A stretch of DNA of 64,000 nt from Neocallimastix sp. 'constans'. Taxonomy: Eukaryota. Below, one piece after another: positions 39,894-53,886 of this stretch. The stretch covers positions 310,001 to 374,000 of the forward strand of contig JBODTK010000119.1 in assembly GCA_050613775.1 (NCBI GenBank). The letters are read 5' to 3'. The notes under the pieces were generated by a model. That model was not told the DNA's origin. It did not search any database and was given only the letters and a program-made list of their open reading frames with translations. Made by a program: the position numbers and the translations under genes. Numbering within the stretch: position 1 is the stretch's first letter; every line of letters begins with the position of its first letter.

Positions 39894-40366
39894 ATGTCTA
39901 CTGAACAAGAAATTATTAGAAAGAATTCTAAATTCATTTCTTATACTATTGATTTCCCAATTATCGCAGGAAAAATTCCAGAAGAAATTAAAACTATTCG
40001 TGTAGTTGGTGATTTTGGTTCATGGAGTGGTTGGCTTGATATGAAAAAAGCTAATGATGGCAGCAAGTATAGTGCTGATGTTAGTGTTCGTCCAGGAACT
40101 ACCATCAGTTATAAATTTTTAATTAATGGTAATATTTGGACTTCTATTGACGCTGATAAAACAGTTGTTGATCAAGATGGTCATACTATGATTGTAAAAA
40201 AAGTTTTAGATACTGATGATTCCTCTCTTAAGAGTAAAAAATCAGAAGTGAAAGTTACTGAGAAAGAAGTTACTAAAAAAGTTCAAACTCCAGCTACTAC
40301 TGTTACCAGTACTACTAAGGATACAAACCAAAAGAAAGAAAAGAAACAAAAGAAATCTTGTAAGTT

Positions 40367-40397
<31 letters not shown>

Positions 40398-40553
40398 GTT
40401 ATTTTAATTTTAGTAACCTAATAATGATAAAAAAAAAAAAAAAAAAAAAAATAGAAAATAAAATTATTAATGGGAATATAAAATTAATTAATCTTTATAA
40501 AATTTTATTTCAATTTATTAGTCTTTAAGAAACTTTTTAGCTGTTGCTGTTAA
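39894..40553 (+). CDS. CBM48/AMPK-beta-type glycogen-binding domain protein with polybasic-CCC C-terminus; exons 39894-40359, 40522-40553
   Basis: IRVVGDFGSW...MKK...Y......PG....YKFLINGNIW matches the glycogen-binding domain; the GTAAGT..TAG intron gives C-terminus KKEKKQKKSFFKKLFSCCC*. Confidence 0.85.
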
Positions 40554-41353
40554 AAAAAGTATATATTCTATCTAACATGATAGTTAAAGCTATAAACTTA
40601 TATATATTATATAAAGAAATAATGTTAAATAATATAATTAATATATTAATATAATAAATAAATATTTAGGAATATATATAATATATAGATTAAAAAAATA
40701 AAAAAAAATAAAAAAAAATTGGAAAAATAATTAATTATTAATTAGTCACCCCATAATTAACAAAAAAAACCAACAAACAAATAAACAATATATATATAAC
40801 AAATAGAAAAATCAAAATAAACAATATATATATAACAAAAAGAAAAATCAAAATAAACAAAAAATATTAAAAGAAAATATAAAATAAAATAATAAATAAT
40901 AATAAATAATAATATTAGTAAAAATAATAATAAATTTAAAATAAAATAAAAATAAATTAATAAAATTTGAAATAAAATAAAAAAAAAAAAATTAAAAAAA
41001 CTAACAAAAAATAAAATAAGAAATTATAAACCAAAAAAAAAAAATACAAATGAAAAAATAAAGATAAAAATTAAAATAAAAAAAACAAATAATAATAATA
41101 ATAATAGTAGTAAATAAAATGAAATTAAATAAAAATAAAGAAAAAATAAAATCATTATATATAATATATAATATATAATAAATTTACTATTTAAAAAATT
41201 TTTTATAAAAGTACTTGATTTTTGCATATTTACTATTATTATTAATATCATTATATTAAAATAGCCTTTATTAATTTATATTATTTACAGTTTTAAAAAA
41301 TTGAATTTTATATTTTTGAATAAATGCTAATAATATATGATGATCATCATACA

Positions 41354-41393
<40 letters not shown>

Positions 41394-41566
41394 GAATTTA
41401 AAAAATAATAAAAAAAAATAAATAAATAAATAAAAAAAAAATTAAATTTTATATCCAATAATATTATTAATAATAATTTATAATTTATAATTTATAACAG
41501 TTAATAATTAATACAATTATAGAATTTTTAATTTTTCTTTTTTATTAAAAAATTTAATATGTGTAA

Positions 41567-41597
<31 letters not shown>

Positions 41598-41851
41598 GAT
41601 ATTTTATGAATAAAAGTACTTTAATAAATATTATATTTACATAAAATTATCCCAGTTGTATTGGTAATTAGTAGTTCTATTAAGTTAACTCTTTGATAGA
41701 TATAGTAAAAAATCTTTTATACAATATATATATATTTTTTATTTTAATATATTAATAATATATTTTTCATTTATAATATTATGATATTATGTTTTAATAC
41801 TTATAAGAATAAATAATTTAAGCAATGGAAGTGTATTCTCTTCCTAATATA

Positions 41852-41889
<38 letters not shown>

Positions 41890-41972
41890 CTTCTCACAAC
41901 TTTATCAATATAACAAAGAAAAAGTAATTATTTCCTATTATTCCTTCAATTTCGTCAAACACGAATAAACAT

Positions 41973-42008
<36 letters not shown>

Positions 42009-42445
42009 TTAGCATATAATAAATAAATTAAAATTACAAAAATTGAATCTTATGATATTTATTTATTTTTTCCTTTTTTATTTTTAGATTTTACTTCATT
42101 ATTTTAAATTGTATTTTTATTATGAATAATATATGAATAAAAAAAAATAAATATAAAAATTAAAAAAAGATAAACTATTATTTTAACTATATAATATACA
42201 ATATATATTATATTTATTTACATATTATATTAATTATACAATTATTTTTATTTTTTATATGAATTGTTGGAATATAAAGTTGATGGGCATATAGAAATTT
42301 AAATAAAATATGAAACAAAGGATAATAAAAATTTTAATTTATTTTTTATTTTTTATAAATTAATTAATATATAAAAATATATATATTTTAAAGTTACACA
42401 TTTAAAATGTTTGCATAAAAAAAAATTTTTTTATTAACAAAATTT

Positions 42446-42483
<38 letters not shown>

Positions 42484-42994
42484 ATTATCTTATTTGCATT
42501 AATTTTTTTTTCTATATTTGTAAATTTTTAAAAAATAAAGTTAAATTTTAATGTTTAATAAGAATTTTAATTACTTTAATATAAATTATATATATTTTTT
42601 TGTTATTCATTATATTATTATAATTCAATAGTAAAAAAAAATATAATTATTTATCTTATTATAATTCAACTAAATGAAAAGTTAAAATGGATTTTATGAG
42701 AAACATTCATTAATCTAACCCATATAGCTAATATATTTAATTAATGCTTTAATTAAATATTACAAAATGATGGAAATTTTATTAAAAAAAAAAAAAAAAG
42801 TAATAAAAATAATTTCGTCAAATTATGTTTAAAATGTTTAAATATTAATAAGTATTATTACGTAAAATATTATATATTATAAATATTATTAAATATTATT
42901 AAGTATTATTAAATAAAATACTAAAATATTATAAATATTATTAAATATTATTAAGTATTATTAAGTATTATTAAATATTATTAAATATTATTTA

Positions 42995-43975
42995 CGTCTT
43001 TAATATAATAAGTTCCTTTTACATAAATGGTTTGTTTAACTAGTTTCATTTTTGTTTTTCAACCCAAGATGGTCAATTTTATTATCAGTATAATTTATAT
43101 TATTGATAGGAATATTATGTGAGATGTTTTTCTGAAAATTATTATTATTTTTTATTAATATTGTATATTCTTTTAAATTATTAATTTCTTTATTGTTCGA
43201 AATGTTAATTTTTTTGAATTAATTTCTTCATTTAAATTATCTTTTTCGACTCTATTACTTTCTTCTGATAAAATAATGCTTTTCTTCATTTATTTTATTA
43301 TTTTCAATAAAATTCTCATTTATATTATTCCTGGCATTTAAATTATTATCGTTCAAATTATTATTATTTCGTCGTTAATTTCATTGTTGTCTTCATTTAA
43401 TATATTGTCCTGGTTTAAATTATTATTCTTATTAATGTTTTTTTCCTCATTAATGTTATTATCTTCATTTATGTTATTATCTTTATTCATGTTATTATCG
43501 TAGTTTTAAAATTTTATTTTCATTTAAATTAATATTTTCATATAAATAAATAAGAATTGACATTTATATTATTATCATTGTCATTTAAATTTTTATTTCT
43601 GATATTTTCCCAATCAGTTTCCATTTTCATAAAAGAGAAGCAGGAGCCTTGAAAACTATTGTTTATATATATTCAAATTTTTCTGGCTCTTCTTCAAAAC
43701 ATTCAAATATTATTAATATAACCCTATTTTTCAATTTTCTGTATCTATAATAATATATGATTATTTCTTTTTATTGAATCCAAGAAAAATATTTGGAAGA
43801 GTTTTTATATTATGTATTTAGGTAAATTACTATGGTAAAAAAAAAAAAAAGACCTAATCTTCTATGCTTTATTTCAATATTTTTATCATCTAATTTTCCT
43901 ATGTACAACATATCTTAGTGATACAAAATTAAAATATATATTTGAACGTTACATCCAGGGTTATGATATCAATAA
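42995..43975 (-). mobile_element. Highly degraded Ty1/copia-like pol remnant
   Basis: Minus-strand fragments NIEIKHRRLG (cf. WHRRLGH pre-integrase) and IFLGFN...YIIIDTEN...CFEEEP (post-integrase region), followed by an Asn-rich linker; many stops. Confidence 0.55.
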
Positions 43976-44194
43976 TTCATGTAATTATGCTATAAAACAA
44001 TTATGTGTAGTAATATATTTGATTTATATCAAATAAGATAAGATAAAATAAGAAAATAAGATTTTTGCACTGAGACTTGTGCAACATAAAAGTCATGTAA
44101 ATATTATTTTTATAACTTAATTATATATAATATACAAAATGTATGAAATAGAAATATAGTAGAAATTTAAAAAACATGTATGTTTGCTTAAATT

Positions 44195-44398
<204 letters not shown>

Positions 44399-45686
44399 TG
44401 TTATTAAAGAAAATTTAAAAGTATTAAATTACAATAAATGTTTTTCCACTCATTTTTTCAAATAAATAGGACAAAAAAAAAAAAAAAGGTAAGCTTAAAA
44501 TAAAAATAAAAATAAACCATTTTTGATAAATTAAATTAATTTAATATGGAAATTATTTACTTTATAATATCGTAAAATATAAAATGTATATGTATTCTTA
44601 AGAAAAAAAAAAAAAAAAAAAAAAAAAAATAATCAGGTTTAATATTTCTCAATGATCTTTTATAACAAATAATAAAGATTAAAATATAATAAAATATTTC
44701 TTTATTAATAGTATCATTTATTCATTTTATTATATGAACAAAAAAAAAAAAAAAAAAAAGTATTAAAAAAATTAAAATAATTAAACATTTTGACTAAAGA
44801 TTAATTATTTTAATGAAAGAATTATTTGCATTATAATGTATTAATGTAATAATATATATATAATATTAAGAAAAAAAAAAAATAACAATTATATAGTTAA
44901 TATTTTCTATTGAAAATATATTGTTATTTCTTAACAATAATACATTAGTCAATTAGTTTACATTTATATTTATTGCTTTTTTAAGTTTTCTTTATTATTA
45001 TTATTATTATTATTTTATGAACTTTTTATTTATTTATTTATTTATTTATATATTTATTTATCATTATTATTATTATTATTAATACTATTTTAAAAAGTAA
45101 AAATAATAATAATAATAATAAATTAGGTAATATTTTATGGTTATTATTTATTATTGTAATTATATTACATAAGATGAAAAACGAAAAAGATATTATTATT
45201 ATTATTATATTTAACTATTTCATTTAATATTTTAACATTATGGTGGAGTAAAAATGAAATTAATTATGTAATCAATAAAGTATTATATAATTCTACTATT
45301 TTAATAATTTGGTTTTTGGTTATTGTAACTATTTTTACATAAATATATATATTAATTTTTTAAAATTTGCATTAATAAATTTCTTTAATTATAATATATA
45401 ATTCTTTTATTTTAATTATATTTATAAAATATTTACCTTTCTTCACTATATGTCATGTCACAAATATTTTAAAACAAATTTCAAAATAATTTAATATTTA
45501 ATAATTAATAATAATAGTAATAATAATAATAATAATAAAATAGATTAATTTTCAAATTATATTATTCAAAATATTATTATATATTAAAACTAATTTCATA
45601 TTATTTTTTTTATTTTATTTTTTTTTTGTAGTATTAATAAAATAATAATAAAAAAAAATTTTTTTTTTGCCAATATATATTTTATA

Positions 45687-45986
45687 TTACTTTTCATCCA
45701 TTGTTGGATAATAGGCCATTCGATTATACATTGCTGGACGATATACATTATCATCTTGAGAAACATTTTGATTATTTTTTTCTTTGTTATGATGATGACT
45801 ACGTACTCTGCCTCCAGAAGGATAACTAGAATATGAAGTGCTACTATTTACAGGATAATCCTGTTCATTATCATCTTCATATAAATAATTTACATAATTA
45901 GAATGCTTAACTCTTCTTTTAGTATATTTACCTAATTTCCATTGGGTATATAAATAGGAGCCCTTTATTTTACTTTTTAAACCCAT
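45687..45986 (-). CDS. Small hypothetical protein (99 aa)
   Basis: Clean ATG..TAA ORF, GC-enriched against its flanks; basic N-terminus MGLKSKIKGSYLYTQWKLGKYTKRR and a low-complexity tail. Confidence 0.7.
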   Translation of the reverse strand: MGLKSKIKGSYLYTQWKLGKYTKRRVKHSNYVNYLYEDDNEQDYPVNSSTSYSSYPSGGRVRSHHHNKEKNNQNVSQDDNVYRPAMYNRMAYYPTMDEK

Positions 45987-46218
45987 TGTTTATTATTCTA
46001 TAAAATACGATTCCATTATTAATAAAGTTTTGAATATATATTATTTTTTTTATTAATTATTGTTAAATATAATAAAATTGCATATATAAATAATATATTT
46101 CAATAAAAAAAAAAAAGTTAATATAATTAATATAATTAATAACATAATTCATAAATTCATGAACAATTAAAATGAGAATAATTACAAGTTTATCCTTAAG
46201 TTAATATTCTTTTTTCTT

Positions 46219-46258
<40 letters not shown>

Positions 46259-48184
46259 TTATTTATTAATTGCGTTTATTTGTTGAAGTTATTCTTTCAC
46301 GAATTATGTATTATATATATATATATATTTATTTTCTTTTTTATATATAAGTTTTTTTTTATTTTTTTTATCTATTTATTTTCGATTGTAATTGATTCTT
46401 TATTAATAAAAAATAAAAAAAAAGCATTTAAAAATATATATATATATTAAATATAATAATAAAATTTTAATTATAAATATATATATTTACATTTAAATTT
46501 ATATATATATATTATTTTCTTAATTATTTTCAATACTACATTCAATTATTGCTTCAAAAATAATTATTTTTCATAATATTAATTAATTATATATAGATTA
46601 TATTATTTTTAATTTTATTTCCTACTTACTTTGTATTTTATTATGTTGTATAATTATTCGAAATTTATAAATTTAATAATTTATAGATTAAATTTTCTTT
46701 TAATTTTATTTTATTATTTCTCGCTTTTTATTTTAATTTAATTTTTACGATATAAAAGATAATTTAAGAAAAATTTTATGTACACTAATTATTTAGTTAA
46801 AATTTATTTATTTATAAATAATAATTTTTTTATTTTTTCTTAAATTATATTTTAAAGATGTTTTTTAACTCTTATAATGATTATTATTATTATTTTATTT
46901 CAAATAAAATATATTGTTATTAGAGAAACTATTTATTAGAAGCTTATTTTATTTTTTTTTAAATTGAATTTTATAAAAAAAAAAAAAAAAAAGTCACAAA
47001 GTATTTCTTTGTTACTGAATGAAAATTATATAAAAAAAATATACGATAAGTATAACTTTAATTAAAATAATATATCATTCATTAAATATTTGAAAATTTA
47101 ATCCTTCTTACATTCAATTTTTTTAAATAATAAAAAGAAATTAAATATATGAGTAAGAAAAGAAGTAAAAAGAAAAAAAAAAATTACTTAATAATATATA
47201 TACTTAAGAAAAATGGAAAAAAAAGAACAAAAAAAAATGAATGAATGAAAAAATTATTAGATACAAAATTAATTAATTAATTAATTAATTAATTGTTAGA
47301 GTTTAGTGTATTTCGAATAATTTAATGAACTTTATTAATTATTGATATTAATGTTTTATATTTATATGGTTATATTATTACACAATATCAATTAAAGAAA
47401 AATTTTTTATAATTAATGAAAAAAATTGCAAAAAAAAAAAATAATAATAATCATAGATTATCTAATGTTTTATAATTTAACTAAAAATTTAAGAATCTTG
47501 ATAATTTTCCTATTTGGTACTATATTATTTATTTACTAATAATAATGTTAATAATTAAGCTGACATTGAATATAAAGTTAATAAATAAATTACAAGAGTA
47601 TTAAGAAGTGAAGCTTAATAAATAATTATTTTCAAAGAAGATTATTTGCTATTGTTTATTTTATATTACAACTAATTATAAGATAGATAATTATCTAATT
47701 TTTACATTTATATTTATGATAAAATAATAGTAACTAATAAAAATTATAATAAAAATATATAAAACAGAGCTTTTTTTTTTTTTTTTTTTTTAAGAAAAAA
47801 ACTAATTATAATATAATTATTATTATTATTATTTATTATTTATAAGTAAATACTCTATTTCTATTATTTATTATTTATTATATATTTATTTATTTTCTTA
47901 CTCTACATATTATAATTATATATTAGTTTTCCTTTAGCACTATTTATAAATGAATAAGAACATGACTAATTAATTAAATTTTAATTAAACACATAATCCT
48001 AGTAAATAATTATCCATATAAAACAAAGAATATATTAAAGAATTCTTAAAATATATTTTATCATATATATAATATATAATAATATATATTACTTTTTTTG
48101 TCCTACCAGTTTAAAAAAAAAAAAGTTATATTTTAATAATCATAAATTTATTATTATTATTATTAATTATTATTATTATTATTA

Positions 48185-48215
<31 letters not shown>

Positions 48216-48228
48216 ATTATTATTATTA

Positions 48229-48284
<56 letters not shown>

Positions 48285-48349
48285 ATTATTATTATTAATT
48301 ATTATTATTATTATTTTTACTAAGAGTCAAGAATATAGAGTTTTTAATT

Positions 48350-48935
48350 ATGTTAACTTTATTAGTATAGTTTATGATATTTTATTATTAGTTACTAATA
48401 CTTTATTATTCTAAATGTTTTTATACTATTATATATCAATTATATCAATATATGTTTTAATACATTTGAAGCTTATTTTTCATGTATCTCATAATTCTAA
48501 CATTCTCCCTTAAACTAAGTTATTTTATAATGAATAAATTTGTTTACTGGTGAATATATGTATATAAAATTATCCTATTTAATAATGTTAACTTGATATT
48601 AATGAATAAAATAATTTTTATATTATATTAATTCTTTAATTCGATTTAATATTGTTAAAATAATTTCTTAAATATATTTGTAAAATAATAGCTTTCCCCT
48701 AAAACTAAATATGTAATATTAACATTATTACTCCATTAATATTGGACATCTCTTATAATATTTGGATTATATATACCATTTATATGATAGAAGCCTTTCT
48801 CTTGAAAGGTGATATTATACCATCTCAATTAGTGTGAATGCCTCTATCACTTTCAGTTATTATTCGCTTTGAATATTAGGGCTAATTTTTATATATATTT
48901 TGATTTACTATGTAGTCTTAGCGATAACTGTTAAT
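48350..48935 (-). mobile_element. Possible copia-like 3' end (RNase H remnant, polypurine tract, LTR)
   Basis: Minus strand shows an RCPIL/WS-like fragment, then AAGGGAGAA directly followed by TGTTAG...TTAACA (~165 bp). Very decayed. Confidence 0.4.
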
Positions 48936-50339
48936 ATTTTTAATATGTTATGTTTTAAATTCGAAATTAAATAATATGTTTTATTATTAAAGGTTTACTA
49001 AGTCGATATGTCTATATAGTAATGTGCTAAATAGATATATAAATGATAAAATAAATATATTTATATGATTTGATTTAATACAAAAAATTTATTTATTAAA
49101 ATTAATTGTATTTAAAATTCTATTAAAATAATTTTTACAATAACTTTACAAAGAATATAAAAATTAAATATTTATATCTCTCTTTTATAAGTTGAATAAT
49201 AATAACACTTTAATTTTAAGATATTAATAAAATATTAATATTTATATGTTTAAAATATTTAATTTTGGATTAATTTAATATAATAATATAAATAATTATA
49301 CAATTGATATATATGTTGTAAAAATATATAAAAGTATATGATATAAATAAATGGGTATTTATTTAGTGATGTCATATATAAATAATTTGAATTAATTATT
49401 AATAAAAATCTTAATTATTAATATTCTCAGAATTATTATGTGTAAGATAATTCCTTAAATATTAAATGAGTTTATATTAATTATTAATTATTAAAGTATA
49501 CATTATTTATTTTTAAAAAAATAATATTATTAATTATTGAAATGGGAAATGTAAATAACTGAAATTGAGATTTCAATTCAGTCGTAATTTCAATATATAT
49601 CAGTGTACTTCATAACTTATAATCTTGGAGTATTGTAACGAATCCTAAAATTAATAATATTAATAATAATTATTTTAATAAATAATTATTTATTTCATAT
49701 TATAATATTATAAAATATTTATTATTAATATAACCAATAATATAATAATATAAGAAATTTATCTTCTTATTTTTACAGAAATATTAGTAATAGAAAGTTA
49801 AGTAGGAATACGAACATTTTGGAATATTTGAGTTATTATTTAAATTGTTAAATTTCATATTATTTATCTTATTGCATAATATAAAAATAATTTATCAATA
49901 TTTTAATTAATTATGTTTTAATGAAATTTTTACAGAAAATAGTGAATAATTAGGGCGTAGTTGCTGAAGTAATGTTAAAAATATGGGATTTACTTGTTAA
50001 TCATGAGATTCAGATAATTCTTATATTGAAAAGTAAGATAATATATTGAAAAGTATAATAATATTATAAAAAATTTAATAGAAATAAAAAATAATAATAT
50101 AATTTTGATATTAATATTAATATAGTACCTTTGTAAGTAATAATATATTGATTATTGATAAAAAGACTAAGATGTTAATAATAAAAATAGAATATTTGTA
50201 ATATAATTAATTACAATAAAAAAAATTAGATTATTATCGATGAATAATACATGAATTGCTTTAAAAGATATTAATAATTATTAATAATTTTTATAATGTA
50301 GGAAAGTTATATGAGATAAAAAAAAAAAAAAAATAACTT

Positions 50340-51250
50340 TATTTTGAGGGTTAAGTTGCTTTAGATAAACATAACTAAAATAATAATTTCTGTTTATTTT
50401 GTATCAATATACCCCTACTGAGATTAAATCTACATAGTAGCTGAGATAAGCTTTATTATATTCTTTAAATGAACATTGCGATTCATTTGAATTCCGGACT
50501 TCAGATCAGCAAGAGTATACTCTATTAAACTGCTTTTTAATTACTTGCGGAGGACCTACAAAGCAATGTAAGATTCAAGCTTGGTTCTAGAGAAGGTCCT
50601 TACTAAAACTAAATCACCAGGTTTAATTCTTTTGGCTTGGTTCATACTATTCTTTTCTTCTCTTCTAATGGCCCAATACTTGTTCCAATTTTTAAAATTT
50701 GTGACAGCTTCAACAGTCCATAGATAATGATTAACAAATTTTTTGTGGAGTATTTTATAGGTAGATTTGTTAATTTTTTTAGTTGGTCTAACAGTATTAT
50801 CAAATAGTTACTGATCTTAGCAACTATACACAAGCTCAAAGCTAGAATGATTAGTAACAGAATATATAGTAGTACGGAGAGCCCAAAGAGCAAAGGGTAA
50901 TACCCCATCCATTCTTTATATTTTTTCACTTAATAATCTAAGCAATTTACCAATTTCTTTATTACGGAATTCATTAAAACCATTTGTTTCACAATGATAA
51001 GTAGTACTAAATTTTACGTAAACATCATAAAAGCCAAGAAATATTTTGGTCATATAAGATGTAAATTGGACACTGTTATCCGTAGTAATTACTCGTGGTA
51101 TATCATTTCTTTCAAAAACATATATAAAAAATTTTGTAACATATTGTGAGGTTATATTCTTGATAGGAGTAGCTTCTACTTATTTGGTAAAATAATTTAA
51201 AACTACTATAATGTACTGATAATTATAATGAAACCAAGAGTTAATAAAGT
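50340..51250 (-). mobile_element. Ty3/gypsy integrase remnant
   Basis: QYIIVVLNYFTK*VEATPI, IPRVITTDNSVQFTS, STTYHCETNG..E..NKEI..LLR, LPFALWALRT, IKPGDLVLVR...KLE...GP (GPY/F domain), then a purine tract AGTAGGGG; stops and frameshifts. Confidence 0.88.
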
Positions 51251-53367
51251 AATTACCATGGTCTGGTGGTAAGTCACCATGATCACCAAGCCAGACCACT
51301 TGGGTTTGACTCTTACCTTCCCCAAATCTATATTAATTTTAGTTTAATTAGCGAGATTGTTATAGAAGTTATTATAATTTCTTCGGTTAAATAGTTAAAT
51401 CGAATGAAACTAGAATATTATAATAATTATTTTTATCATTTTTTCCATAAGATTCATTTTCAAGAAAGAAGTCTTGATTTCTCTAACTTTCATTAAATCA
51501 AACTTTTTCAGAAACTGTTTTTTCCGAAAAATATATATATAAATATTAATTCTGTTTCTAAAAAATAATTTTGTTTGTGCTTTTATTAATTAATTAATTA
51601 ATAAGTAATTTGAGATATTACAATGACCAATTATTTATAAATAATATTTTATATTTTATTAAATTAATAAAACATTTTTCTAATAAAAAGAATTACTTTC
51701 TATTTAATGTAGGAGTATTGGTTGTAAAAAAAAAAAAAAAACGTTAAAATAAAAGCACTGAAAGGAATAATATCGTATAACCCTGTTTATGGACTAGTTG
51801 AAGTTGTAAATCAAGATGTGGCTTATAATTATAAGAGTACTATTAAACTACCTTACTCTTGGAAAACTATTACCAGATTCTATTATTTTGAAGAATTTTA
51901 TACTAATTTAAAGAATGAAAATAATAATAGCATATTGGAGGAAGTGAATGATTCCCGTTCCGATGCTCGTTATCAATGGAGATATATGTAGGAATGTATA
52001 GGTAATTCGGCCCCTGGTGGACATATAACGAGGTGTTGTGAGCGGCGACGCTGTACTGGTATGCCATATATCATAACTGTTGGGGTACCTATTATGTGTG
52101 TCTCTGTATTTTTTAATTTTTTTTCAAAAACCAAATTATTATAATATATTTTAACATTAAATTTTAGTTCATAATATTTTTTCCAAAATCAAATTTTTAT
52201 AATAAATTTTAAAATTAAATTTTAGTTCTTAATTTTTTTCAAAGACTAAATCTTTATAATTAAATTTTATCATATTTATATTTGATTTTATTAAAAAAAA
52301 ATTTTATATAATAATATATGAAAAAAATAGCAGAAAAATAAATAAATAGTATTTATTTATTATTTATTTATTTATTATTTATTTATTTATTATTTATTTA
52401 TTTATTTATTATTTATTTATTATTTATTATTTATTTATTTATTTATTATTTATTTATTTATATATTTATTCTTTTATTTATTCTTTTATTTATTCTTTTG
52501 ATACTTTATAATTATAACAAAAAAAATATATTTTTAATAAATAAATTTATTATAATTTTATTCAAATATATTACTTTCAGATCTATTGTATTATTTTTAA
52601 TTTAATTTTTCAATAATAATTAATTTTGAGCTAATCAATGAACAGATTTAATATATATTCAAACAAATTTTTTAGTGCTAAATAAATAATTATAATTATA
52701 TTTCATATAATTATATAAATATAGAAGAAACTAAAAAGTTTAATAATAATTATAAAATATTTATATGCAATAATTAATATTATTAATCTTTTTTTTTTAA
52801 ATACTATATTAATATATTAAAAATACTAATATTTTTTTAATATATTAAAATTTTAAAAAATAAGGAAAAATTATAATATATTCATATATTATTATTGTTA
52901 TTTTTTTTTTTATTTTTGAACTTTTTTTTATTAATAAATTGTCATAAAATTGTAATAAATAAAATAAATAAAGCCATTTAAAAGTACAGTATTGAAGTGT
53001 TGTAATATAATAATAATACTAATATAAACAAAAATTTTGATTTTTTTTTTTAAAAAAAAGTATATATATAAGAACAAACAAATATAATTTAATTTTCATT
53101 AAAAAAAAGTATATAAAAATTTAAAAAAATATACAATTTAAAGAAAAAATAAACAAATAAAATAATGAATTAATGGTATCTTTAAAATTTTGGATTAATT
53201 TTTCAGAACTAAATATTTAAATATTTTTTAGTTTATAGTAAATAAATCATAAAATTAATTGGTAAACATACTAACACAAAATTGAATATTATTAAATCAT
53301 TTATTAAAAACAAATTATATCTTTTTATTTTAATTTAATAATAATACGAAACATTAAAATATCAAAA

Positions 53368-53399
<32 letters not shown>

Positions 53400-53886
53400 G
53401 ATAAAAATATTAATAATAACAATAAAATTGTTATAATAGTAATAACAATAATATATAAAAGATTAAATAAATTATATGTTCAATTGTATTTATTATAGGA
53501 GAATTTTAAAATAAATTTCAAATAATTGAAAATAAACATTTTCAAATATTTTTAATAATTATTCTTTATAAATATTTATTTATTCTTTACAAATATTTAT
53601 TTATTCTTTATAAATATTTATTTATTTTTTATTAATATATATATATCATATATACATTCAACAAATTAAATCTTTGAATATTATAAAGGAAAAAAGTGGT
53701 TCCTTCATTTTGATTACATCCAAGAAGCTTAGGCTTTTATTATTTATATTAAAATTAATTATAGGTTTAAAATAATAAAAGATTTTTTTTTTTTTTTAAA
53801 AAAAAAAAAATTATATATAAATAATTATATATATAATAGAATATTTATTTTTAAATAAATTTAGAATTTCTTAATTTAATTTAATA

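Noticed and set aside
50642..50929. Membrane protein ORF
   Set aside because: Alternative frame of the degraded gypsy integrase region.
49634..51621. Full LTR element bounded by TGTAA...TTACA
   Set aside because: No matching TSD or paired LTRs could be verified by eye.
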